Shown one piece after another: positions 28,021 through 38,400 of a DNA stretch of 64,000 nucleotides (the stretch's first letter is position 1; each line of letters opens with the position of its first letter). Source of the DNA: Yuukianura sp. NJ FZ-2021. Taxonomy: Eukaryota. Made by a program: the position numbers and the translations under genes. The stretch covers positions 6,448,001-6,512,000 of the forward strand of contig CM102288.1 in the NCBI GenBank assembly GCA_046563655.1. Direction: 5' to 3'. A model generated the notes under the pieces. That model did not search any database, was not told the DNA's origin, and saw only the letters and a list, made by a program, of their open reading frames with translations.

Positions 28021-31000
28021 TGTAAAATGCCTAGGTCCTCCTCGGTCAAAGGTCACTTTTCGTTTACGTCGGAACCTAACGTTTGACTTTTACTAACTTG
28101 AAAAAGCTATCAGAATGGCCCTAATCAAGTCAGTGGTATTGAATATGTTCATATTTAACCAATTTATTTACCAATTAAAACAAGTAATAATTATCAGGAA
28201 AAACCAACTTCTCTTCTCTCCCCCTTCTTCTTAACAACTCTAAAAATACCCAAAACAGTAACGGTTGAAAAATGCCAACTTTGAATGAACCGCCAACATC
28301 TCAAATCAAACGAATACTTACAGAGTTTCAAAAATGTTCTTAAAATTAGTCAAGAAATTAATAACATAACTTAAATAATTTTAACGTATTTTAACACAAC
28401 TCCCACCTTTCTTTTGTGAGACCTTAACAAAAGAAACCAAACATAGCCAAACACTTTAACTCTAGTATTAACAATCAAAATTCGAAATCAAAATTAGCCC
28501 TAAACTTCACCAAAACGTACTGGCTTTCGAACCTGTCGACCACATCGTGTCTCCTTCACTACACCGTCAGTTTCAGCATTTAAAATCGGTGTAGACGTCT
28601 TCGTCACTGAATTCTTCATCTTGATCTTCTTCTCGAGCGTATCCACTCCAGGATCTTCTTGGCGAAACTCCAGTGGATAAAGTCGCTGTAGCGGCCTCAC
28701 CAGGAATCCGTTCTCGCACTTCAGTTTTGCGACTCGATGTATCCCATCATGTCCAGGCATCAATTCCATGATACGACCCATGGGCCAAAGGATCCTCTTC
28801 TGATTTTCGTGTCCGATCAGAACACAATCTCCGACTCGAAACTCACGAACTGTTCCCTTTGTCTTCTTTTGGATCAGTAGACTGAGGTATTCCTTGCGAA
28901 ATCGTTCCCTCAGCTCCTGCAGCATAACGTCGAGTCGTTTCTTTCTGTTTCCCAAGGTGTCCACTTTCACGAACTTTGATTCTGGCACATCACTGTATGG
29001 TAAATTGTGCAAAAACATCGCTGGTGTCAGTGGAACGAGATCTTCGGGATCTTCTGTAACGTAGGTCAAGGGTCGGTTGTTCATTGTCGCTTCGACTTCA
29101 CAAAGACAAGTTTCTAGTTGAATGTACGACAATTTTCCGAATCCCAGCATCCTTTTCAAAAGATCCTTGAGCGTCCGAATCAGACGCTCCCACCAACCTC
29201 CCCACCAAGGTGCAGCCGGAGGGTTGAACTTCCAAAGGATTCTCATGTGCTTCGTTCTTTTCTCAACTTCTTTCCAGTTGATCGTTTTGAAGAGGTTGTC
29301 CGCGCCGTGGAAATTGGTTCCGTTGTCACTATAGACAATGGCTGGCCTCCGCTTCCGTTTTGAAAACCTGATGAATGACAAAAGAAAATCATCAGTTGAA
29401 AGTGATTCTACTAATTCCAAATGAACCGCTCGGAATACGGCACAAGTGTAGATCACTATCCACACTTTCTTCTTGCACTGGAGTACTAAAGGGCCGGCCA
29501 AATCCACCCCTGTGACCTCAAAGGCCCCCACATCTTTGACACGGTCTTCTGGCAGTGGTGCACAGGGAACTGTTGAACTTTTAGCAGTAAATCTCTGGCA
29601 CGTAACACACTTCTTGAGCTGTTTCTTCACAACCAGTCTCCCCTTCAGAATCCAGAATCGTTCTCTCAGTGAGCAAAGGACAAATTGAGCACCAGCATGA
29701 CAGTTAAAAATATGCTCATCACGAATCAGTAAGTCCACAAGTGGGTGATTGCTGGGAACAACAATTGGAATTTTAAATTCCTCATTGTCTTGACGTCGTG
29801 TAATTTTTGTCGTCACTCGGAAGAGTCCGTCAAGACACTTTCCCACTCTCACTCCACTTAGTACTGTTGTCTCAGCCGGAAATACTTCCACTTGCACTAA
29901 CTTCCAAATCCTGAGTTCAGCATTGCAAATTTCAGAAGTTGTCAGTGTCGTTCCTCCATCACTGGAAGTCTTCCTCGTTTTGCCAATGAACCGAAGAACA
30001 AACGCCAAAATACGAAGATTACCAATGTATGAATTCTTTCGAACGTACCACAAAGGAGTAGGCAAGTTACAGTTCAATGCTGTCACAACACTCTTCTTCC
30101 TTTCACGTCCGATCTCTTCTTCGTTTGCTTTCGGTTCAGAATTCGGCCATTCAGCTTCATCTAATTTCAACCATGATGGTCCCTCCCACCATTTCAACTC
30201 CAGGTATTTTTCTGGATTGATTCCTCTTGAGGGAAGGTCGGCAGGATTTAAGTGGCCAGGAACATGTCTCCACTTCCCATCGTCCGTCAATTTCACTATC
30301 TCCTTAACTCGATTGCCGACAAACGTTCCCCAGTCATCACTACGCCGAATCCAAGATAAGGCCGTGGTGGAGTCACTCCAGAAAGTCACTGGCACTTTTT
30401 CCAGTTCCAGAGCTTTTCTGACAGTTGAAAGGAGCCGAGCCGCAATCGAACATCCTAGTAGTTCTAGTCGAGGGATAGTTGACTTCTTTAGAGGTGCCAC
30501 ACGAGATTTTGATTGAATCAGCTGAACTGACACTTCCGAGTCCGTCTTCACTCTCAGAAAAACCACTGCACTGTACGCGACTTTACTGGCATCCGAAAAT
30601 ACATGGAGTTGAAATTGCCCATTGTTCTCAGCCGCTCCAGTACACTTTCTCGGAATTCTGAAAAGTGTCAATAAAGGAAGTACATTAGTCCACCAATTAA
30701 CAAACTCATTCTTCATTTCTCCAGTGATCTCATCTTCCCACTGCCGATTCTCTACCCATGACTTCTGTAAAAGAAGTTTCGGCGGAAGTAACACTGGACT
30801 CAAAAAACCTAACGGATCATAGATTTGCTGTAGTTTGGACAAAATAACTCTCTTCGTTATCTTCTCTGGCAAATCACCAGTCAGTGGAGCACAAAACAAC
30901 GAGTCCTGACACTTGTCCCACTTCAACCCAAGGACGTTAGTCACTTTATCTTCCGTGTCGTCACCAGTGTTCTCCCATTGGCGTAGGTCCATTTTTGCTT

Positions 31001-34000
31001 CATCTAACAGCCGTGTAGCGACTTGTTTGAACTTCACTAAATCACTGAAAGAATCCAAGGAAAGGACACAGTTATCCACATAAAGAGAATTTCGCAACAT
31101 TTTCACAACTTCTGGAAATTCCTTTTCGTTTTGCTCTAAATGATGACTGATGACTGCTCCCAGAAGGAACGGCGAGCAATTCATCCCAAAAACCACACGA
31201 TTATGCTGAAATGTCATCATTTTCTTACAGTCCTCATTCTCCCACCACAAAAACCGAACACAATCACGTTCTTCCTTTTGGATTTCAATCATAAGGAAAG
31301 CCTTACGAATGTCGGCGATTACCCCGATCTTCTTCATGCGAAATCTCATGAGTATTGAAGGGATCACTTCTAGTAAGTTCGGGCCCTTCTCCAAACACTC
31401 ATTCAAAGACGGAGCTCTCCCGACCTTGCATGATGCATCGAATACCGGTCGGATGGGTGTCGTTTTACTCTCCAGTTTTAGAACTGCTCGATGCGGTAAG
31501 TAGTGACACTTCCTCTTCTCATCGTCAGCTTCTTCTGAGGCAATTCTTGAAATGATTCCTTCCGTCTCCCATGCTTTGAAAATGGAATCATAATCTTCAA
31601 ACTTGTTCAAAGATTTCAATTTTCGGGTGGTCGACTCCAAACGTTTTTCTGCTACCAGTCGATTTGTTGGAATCGTCATCTCTCTATCCACCCATGGTAG
31701 GCAGACAGAGTAGCGCCCGTCTTCATTCTTCTTCACAGTTTGTAAGAAATGATCATAAGCCAAACTTGCTCGTTCTTCTTGTGTCTTGACTTCAATGGGA
31801 TCACGAATACCGAGAGTTTCTAATTTCCACAATTCAGTGACAGACGAACTTGAAACAGTCATTGTCAGCACTGTCATACCAATCTGCTCTTCGGAAATTT
31901 CAATTTGTCTCTCCTGTCCCATTAAGCACCATCCAAATCGTGTCTCAGTGGCGGTCAGTCCTGTCGACAGTTGCACTATGTTCCCGGTCAAGAGACTTCC
32001 TAAGACATCTGCACCAATGAGAACTTCAATTTGGGATGGATTGCCTTCTTCTGAATCGTTGATTTGAATTCCCCTTCTCTTCAACTGTGATTTCCAAAAT
32101 CCTTGAGTCAGTCGGGGAACCACACCACAAATCTGTTCATGATCCATCACCAAAAGTTCACTGGAAAAAGAACAAGATAAGTTTTCCAAAATAACTGAAT
32201 ACAACTCGTGAGCCACATCTCTAATTTTACCACCACCAAACACGACATGGTTAACTTTGAGGCTCTTCACTGAAATCAAACCAAGTTCCTCAGCTGTTCG
32301 TTTCAGAATGTAAGACTTTTGAGATCCACAGTCCAACAGGACTCTAACTTTCTTCCATTTCTTGTTGGCAGGATTCTTGACTTTAAGAATTAAAGTACGA
32401 AGAATAACTTCACTGGAACAGCTCAAATTTGTTTGTGTACTGGGTGTACTTTCGGTATTCGGTTTCACTTCCGTTGCCTTCTCCCCTCCATAACACATCA
32501 CTGCCCAATGTCGTTTACCACATGCTGAACACTTCACTTTTGAATGACATTTTGCTGAAAGATGACCACTTCTGAGGCATATGAAACATGCACCCTTTAA
32601 CTTCAGCCTCTTTCTTTTGTCTTCAGTGCTCATCTTCATGGCTTTAAAACAGTCTTGACTGTTATGCCCCTTGTCACAGAAAATGCATGAATTTGACCCA
32701 CTAAACAAACCAGCAGCAGTGGGGGTATCTTCCTCCTCCGCTTCTTTCTTTCGCTGAGATCGTTTTTCAGTTGCACCTTGGAATCCCGTTTTAGCCAGTT
32801 TTCTCTGCTCCTCATTTTCAACTTCCACTTTGAGGAAGTCCAGAAGAAAATCAAGCTCCGACTTCGGTGGATTCTCGGTACTACCGTCTTTGCCAAAATT
32901 CGTGCTTCTCTGCCATGCCACGAGGATGTCTTCGGGTAAGCTTGATTCGACCATCGGGTAAAGAAAAATGACCATCTGCTCCACTGTCACTCCCAAACTT
33001 TCCAAAGAACGGAGATGTGACTCAAGTCGGTCGTAATGAGTGGAGAGTGCTACTTTATCTCTACCCCGACTTGTAAGAATCATCGAAATTAACTCCCGTA
33101 CATAAACTTGCTTTAAAAGCTTCTCGTTGCCGAATCTTCGTTTCAAAGCATCACGAGCCTTGGTGTAGTTTTCGGCAGAATGTGGAAAACTGGAGACTAA
33201 TTCAGCAGCTCTGGTCCCCTTCACCATACAGTGATCTAAGAACTGAAACTTGTCAGCGTCATGAACATCTTCACGACTGTCAATTCGCTCAAAATGAGCC
33301 CACCAGCCCAACCAGTCCTTTAGTTCACCAGAGAATTTCTTGAGATCCACTTTTGGTAACTTGATCTCCACTTGATTCGAAATAGAACTTCGTCCACCAA
33401 TGCTATGATGAGAACCAGCAACTTGGATAGGCAGCACTGGTGGCTCTAAGAATTCACCCACGCGAGCTCTCATTTCACTCACACTCATTGAGTACTGCTG
33501 AGTCATTGCCGATTCGTGTTCCAAAGTCTCAGTCGAAACGTTTTCATCATCCAGTAACTTGTCGTTGATGGATTCATCAAGTTCATTGAGCCTCTTCACG
33601 TGAGCATCTAGTACATCAGCTGAGGCTTTGATGTGAATTCGATTAGGATTTTCCTTCTTCAATTCCAAGTCCATCGCCGCGATTAACTTGGTCACTGCTC
33701 CCCGAACAATTGCTCGTTCCCTCTTCCGCTTGTCCATTTCAGATCACCGAAAATTGCCACAGAAAGGGACCAATTTAGCTTCAGTGATTGACAATTGAAT
33801 TGGGACGATTCTCACCTGGTTTTGTCCTCGTCCGGTGAGGACAAACCACTAAGCAAGCAGTTGTTTTATCGTGATGAAATCCAAGTAAGTCCAAATCCTC
33901 AGGGTCAGTTCAGATCATCAATACCGGTTCCTTGTTTCAAAGTAGAATACCAGATCAATACCAATTGCCAAACTTGACAGTGGAACGATTCTCACCTGGT

Positions 34001-34491
34001 TAAGTCCTCGTCCGGTGAGGACTAACCACTACGCAATCAGTTGATAGTAGTTGATGAGTCGACAGTGTTCCAATGCCCGTACGTCAGTTTAGGTCCGGCC
34101 AGGGTCACCAATTAATGTAAAATGCCTAGGTCCTCCTCGGTCAAAGGTCACTTTTCGTTTACGTCGGAACCTAACGTTTGACTTTTACTAACTTGAAAAA
34201 GCTATCAGAATGGCCCTAATCAAGTCAGTGGTATTGAATATGTTCATATTTAACCAATTTATTTACCAATTAAAACAAGTAATAATTATCAGGAAAAACC
34301 AACTTCTCTTCTCTCCCCCTTCTTCTTAACAACTCTAAAAATACCCAAAACAGTAACGGTTGAAAAATGCCAACTTTGAATGAACCGCCAACATCTCAAA
34401 TCAAACGAATACTTACAGAGTTTCAAAAATGTTCTTAAAATTAGTCAAGAAATTAATAACATAACTTAAATAATTTTAACGTATTTTAACA
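28021..34491 (-). mobile_element. Full-length BEL/Pao LTR retrotransposon
   Basis: 376-bp LTRs (28021-28396 and 34116-34491; TG...CA) that look identical, 5-bp TSD AATTT, PBS TGGTGACCC just inside the 5' LTR, purine-rich PPT before the 3' LTR, one intact ORF. Confidence 0.97.
28500..33737 (-). CDS. BEL/Pao Gag-Pol polyprotein (Gag with Cys/His knuckles, aspartic protease, RT, RNase H, integrase)
   Basis: 1745 aa: CIFCDKGH and CFICLRSGH knuckles, LLDCGS protease, YLPHRAV/ADIRKAF/YVDN RT, LHVFSDAS RNase H, GVDLAGP/SDNGTNF/PWWGGWWER integrase. Confidence 0.97.
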   Translation of the reverse strand: MDKRKRERAIVRGAVTKLIAAMDLELKKENPNRIHIKASADVLDAHVKRLNELDESINDKLLDDENVSTETLEHESAMTQQYSMSVSEMRARVGEFLEPPVLPIQVAGSHHSIGGRSSISNQVEIKLPKVDLKKFSGELKDWLGWWAHFERIDSREDVHDADKFQFLDHCMVKGTRAAELVSSFPHSAENYTKARDALKRRFGNEKLLKQVYVRELISMILTSRGRDKVALSTHYDRLESHLRSLESLGVTVEQMVIFLYPMVESSLPEDILVAWQRSTNFGKDGSTENPPKSELDFLLDFLKVEVENEEQRKLAKTGFQGATEKRSQRKKEAEEEDTPTAAGLFSGSNSCIFCDKGHNSQDCFKAMKMSTEDKRKRLKLKGACFICLRSGHLSAKCHSKVKCSACGKRHWAVMCYGGEKATEVKPNTESTPSTQTNLSCSSEVILRTLILKVKNPANKKWKKVRVLLDCGSQKSYILKRTAEELGLISVKSLKVNHVVFGGGKIRDVAHELYSVILENLSCSFSSELLVMDHEQICGVVPRLTQGFWKSQLKRRGIQINDSEEGNPSQIEVLIGADVLGSLLTGNIVQLSTGLTATETRFGWCLMGQERQIEISEEQIGMTVLTMTVSSSSVTELWKLETLGIRDPIEVKTQEERASLAYDHFLQTVKKNEDGRYSVCLPWVDREMTIPTNRLVAEKRLESTTRKLKSLNKFEDYDSIFKAWETEGIISRIASEEADDEKRKCHYLPHRAVLKLESKTTPIRPVFDASCKVGRAPSLNECLEKGPNLLEVIPSILMRFRMKKIGVIADIRKAFLMIEIQKEERDCVRFLWWENEDCKKMMTFQHNRVVFGMNCSPFLLGAVISHHLEQNEKEFPEVVKMLRNSLYVDNCVLSLDSFSDLVKFKQVATRLLDEAKMDLRQWENTGDDTEDKVTNVLGLKWDKCQDSLFCAPLTGDLPEKITKRVILSKLQQIYDPLGFLSPVLLPPKLLLQKSWVENRQWEDEITGEMKNEFVNWWTNVLPLLTLFRIPRKCTGAAENNGQFQLHVFSDASKVAYSAVVFLRVKTDSEVSVQLIQSKSRVAPLKKSTIPRLELLGCSIAARLLSTVRKALELEKVPVTFWSDSTTALSWIRRSDDWGTFVGNRVKEIVKLTDDGKWRHVPGHLNPADLPSRGINPEKYLELKWWEGPSWLKLDEAEWPNSEPKANEEEIGRERKKSVVTALNCNLPTPLWYVRKNSYIGNLRILAFVLRFIGKTRKTSSDGGTTLTTSEICNAELRIWKLVQVEVFPAETTVLSGVRVGKCLDGLFRVTTKITRRQDNEEFKIPIVVPSNHPLVDLLIRDEHIFNCHAGAQFVLCSLRERFWILKGRLVVKKQLKKCVTCQRFTAKSSTVPCAPLPEDRVKDVGAFEVTGVDLAGPLVLQCKKKVWIVIYTCAVFRAVHLELVESLSTDDFLLSFIRFSKRKRRPAIVYSDNGTNFHGADNLFKTINWKEVEKRTKHMRILWKFNPPAAPWWGGWWERLIRTLKDLLKRMLGFGKLSYIQLETCLCEVEATMNNRPLTYVTEDPEDLVPLTPAMFLHNLPYSDVPESKFVKVDTLGNRKKRLDVMLQELRERFRKEYLSLLIQKKTKGTVREFRVGDCVLIGHENQKRILWPMGRIMELMPGHDGIHRVAKLKCENGFLVRPLQRLYPLEFRQEDPGVDTLEKKIKMKNSVTKTSTPILNAETDGVVKETRCGRQVRKPVRFGEV

Positions 34492-35199
34492 AATTTAATG
34501 CATTGTTCTTATTAAGTTTCCATTGTGCTCAGCTTTTCACTTTTGCTCTCCTTCCCACAAAACAAGAGGTATTGTTAAAAGGTCAACTAAAAGTTCAACT
34601 CTAAAATCCGAAAATCCATTAGGCTAACTTGCTTAACCTTAACTACCCTAATCATCTTTATAGTTTGAGGGAGTGAGATGCTCTACTTGACATAAAAAGT
34701 TAATAGAAAAGCAGAAGTTGGGATTAGGGACAGAGTGTTTAAATTCCTGTGCAGAATTGGGGAGATGATCAAATGGTGAAGATTATGAGGGGAGGTTGCT
34801 CAAATTGCAAATTGTGGATTGCCAATTCCCCCAAGGGGGGATTCCTTTCTGCAAGGTGAGAAAGGTTGTAATTTGTGTGTCTCGTTCTTCCACTTTTGAA
34901 ATGCAAGTTTTCTCTGGTGATTGGAAATCTTCTCACCCAATCCACTTTGGATTAAAAATATATTTAAATTTTATTTATATAAAGTTGTGCTGTAGAAATG
35001 GAACAAAGTTAAGATTTCACTTGGAGTGCCAATGGTAGTTCCGTTATAAGAGATTCTAATGGGGGCACAATTCATGCTCAACCAACCATCCCTTCGGTCC
35101 CTTCATTTTTGCACAATCTCACAACCATTTTCAAAATAACAATCACAACATTCCCCCGAGCCATTCTAAATCTATTCAAAATCCTTCACATCTCAACCT

Positions 35200-35420
35200 A
35201 GAAAACTAATAGTTACTCCCTCCACATAAATCTTAGGATTTCAGAATCAGAAAATTAAATAGTTACTCTCTCCAACACCGAAAATCTATTCAAAATCTTA
35301 GGATTTCACAAATCTCAAGTTCAGAAAACTAATAGTTACTCCCTCCAACGTTCAAAATCTTAGAATTTCAGAAGCATCAGGCTTAAGGAAGTAATAGTTA
35401 CTCCCTCCAATATCCCAAAC
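35200..35420. repeat. Degenerate ~50-70-bp tandem repeat, each unit containing TAGTTACTCYCTCC
   Basis: Four copies of AATAGTTACTCYCTCCA interleaved with AAATCTTAGRATTTCA. Confidence 0.7.
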
Positions 35421-38400
35421 TTTTCAAAAAATAAAAATAGACGATGCCTAAAAATGGAAAGTAAAAAAAGTAGTAATAAATATTTTCCGAACTGATTTCC
35501 GTAATTTCAAAATGTTTTCAAAATGTTGAGAGTGTGTGAAAAGGTATTTTGAAAATGGATCCTATTTGAGGGAATTGTAAGGGCCCTTAAGTGCTTTCCA
35601 TTTCAATGGAGACAATTGAGGAGTCTGTGGGGCAGGTGCCAAGGGTCTAGGAAGTGACTAACAATTTCCATGTAACCTAAAGTGTAGGGACTTAATTGTT
35701 GTTCCAATTTAGTTGATGTGCAATTAAGTTTGCAACAGGAGCGGAATCCCAATTAAGGAAGGAGTTAAACCATCAGTGAAAATAAGTGACACACATAAAA
35801 CATTGTTTTCGTGGGGAAGGAGTTTCCGACGAATTCTGGGGAACAGTGGGCCTCGACTTGCCCTGTAAGCACGACTCGCATAAAAAAGATGGATCCTAAC
35901 CTACTTTTGACATTGTATTTTTGCATGTACATTGTTGGGGAGTTTTAGAATTTAGTATTGGATTCCGTTACAAGGCCACTGGCACCATCCATCAATACTT
36001 TTACCAAGTAATTAATCACCACACTTTATGGGGCTTAGTCCATTGTTCATTTCATCCACCAATAAACGAAGCCGCTTTCATTGCTGCTTACTTGCCGCTA
36101 ACTGCTTCATCTACCGCTTACTTACCGCTAACTGCTTCACGAAACTGCTTATTTCATGCATACTTATGCTAAAACGAAACTTTCAAACTGATCATGCTTT
36201 GATAAGCGACTGAAGTTCGGGAAAACCTGAGTTTAGGTAGTTAAAAACCGTAACACTGACCGGCACAAAACCGGCTGAACGAAAGTAAAACGTTTTACAT
36301 TCAAAATCCCGAAACCTTGAGCGGCAAGTGAAACTCGTGACCAAAACGTCAGTTTTTTCAGTCGTTTCGCATTCCGCCAGCAGAGGCAACTATTCCTCTG
36401 GACATTCGGATAAAGTAAAAAAGTAGAGTCAGCAATTACCTGAAGAGCGTTCAAAGGCATCAGAAAGTGTTTAGGAGTCGTGTAATCTCGTAGTTTTGAA
36501 AAGAGATGCAAGTGTTGCAGAAAGTTGTGTTGAATGGATGCACAAGTTGACCTCAACCTCTGGATCTGGCTGTGACCTCGGAGGCTAATCTGGAGAGTTG
36601 GTGCACACGCAGCATCACAATTCCTGTTTTTACAAAGAACCTTAATGAATTTCCATGTTAATCACACTGTTCAAAGAACACTTCAATTATCACCCATCCA
36701 GAAACTCCAAAAACTCAAACTCAGCTCATGGAAAACCCACTTTCCAAGAGCCCAATCTTCAAAATGAAGTCAAATTTTGGAAATCCTGGAGAGTGTAAAT
36801 CCTGTTCTCAACTGAGGTCAAAACTGTACCTGCACCGTTCCTTTTTCGACACAAATTCTCCGAAACTTTGCTTGTGAGGTCCCTTCTCGGTGAATTGCGG
36901 ACGTCGCAGATCGCAGACCAACCGGAACAGACTGCTGCTTGCTTCTTCTGAGTCCACCGACCTCCACTGTTCCTGGAACTGAATTTAGTAGTGAATTGTC
37001 AATTAGTTGTCAATTGCGAAGTGTTTTGAGTAAAAGTGAGAGCTACTGTGGTTGTGATGAGGAGCAGACACGGACTGACAGCCTCCTCTCTCCTGTTCCC
37101 CACTTGCCCCCTCTTCACAACCAAAGTGTTTCTGTTGTCAAATCCAGAATAACTGCAGACACTTTCTCTGGAACCACATCAACCACACACTTTATCATTA
37201 CCAGCTCACAATTACTCTTAAATTAAATACAAACAATGGAACTTACCAGAGAGTTAGTTGTAGAATAGAGGTGTGAGGATGAAACAATTAGGATTATCCG
37301 AGAGATGCAGATTCAATTGATCCAAGGACATCAACTCCACTTCCAGCACCAACACTTCCCTCGGCCACTCACCTCTCGCAACTCCTCTCCTCCGGCATCT
37401 TCGTCTTTTCCACCCAAAAATTAGTATTCCAACCACAACTCAAAACAATCAACTGGACAACTCAGGTACAAACTACAAAGAATTCACAGTTGTGCGAATT
37501 CGGCTCCTGAATCCCGTTTCTGCTCTATCTCCGATTTCCCAGGTTTAGGCTCTCCCGACGCTCCACAAATCAAAAGGGTTTTCTAATTCTAAGAATTACG
37601 GATTAACTATGATTAAATTTAATCGCACTAAACTGCGACTTTTAAATTGTGACTTGCGAATGTTTAGAGTGGAAATGTAAGGAAATTCTTTGCGTTGGTT
37701 AAGTTCGCAATAGACTGAAGACGTGAATGGGATCTGCACAAGCCCTGAGGCTAAAAACTGATTCACATCTCAACGCATAGTTCAACAAACACTTACTCAA
37801 ACGGAACACCAAAACTAGCGGCGCAAAATACTTGCAAAGTGTCACTGACCGCTGGGAAGCAGGGTCAGGTCAAACCTCAGAACGATCAGATCTTCCTTAC
37901 ATGATCTTATAAGTTGCTACTAAAACAAGACGAATATGTGAGCATAATGAGAGCTGAGGGGGAGGTGTGAAATTGGTGGAGACTAATTAGTTTGTTTGCC
38001 TCCATGTCCCGTTAATTCCACTTAATTCTTAAGCACTTCCTCTCAGTTGACGTAAGGCTAACCACACTATTTAAAATCCCAACTTAAACTTCAACTCACA
38101 ACCAACCTCAAGTTCCATTCAAATCTTCAAAAACATGCACAGGGTCAAAGGTCAACTCTAGTTGACTCAACACTTTCTGGAAACAAGCTCCCATAAATCT
38201 AAATGTTAAAATTTAATAAAAGTTAAAGATGACCTTGAAATTAAACTGCGCTGACTAATACACGGTATAAACTGCGATTTGTGAGGAAACGTAAAAGGAC
38301 CAAACGGCCTACCGAAAAATGGGGCGACCAGTCTAGACTGTACCAAAAAATTTTGAAATGAATTCGTATTCGTAGTTTATAGTTACTCCCGCCATCTTCA

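Noticed and set aside
31068..31085. RT motif YVDN instead of YVDD as a sign of inactivation
   Set aside because: YVDN occurs in many BEL/Pao elements, and identical-looking LTRs indicate recent transposition.
29118..32067. Plus-strand ORFs antisense to the retrotransposon polyprotein
   Set aside because: Shadow ORFs of a long coding frame with no independent features.
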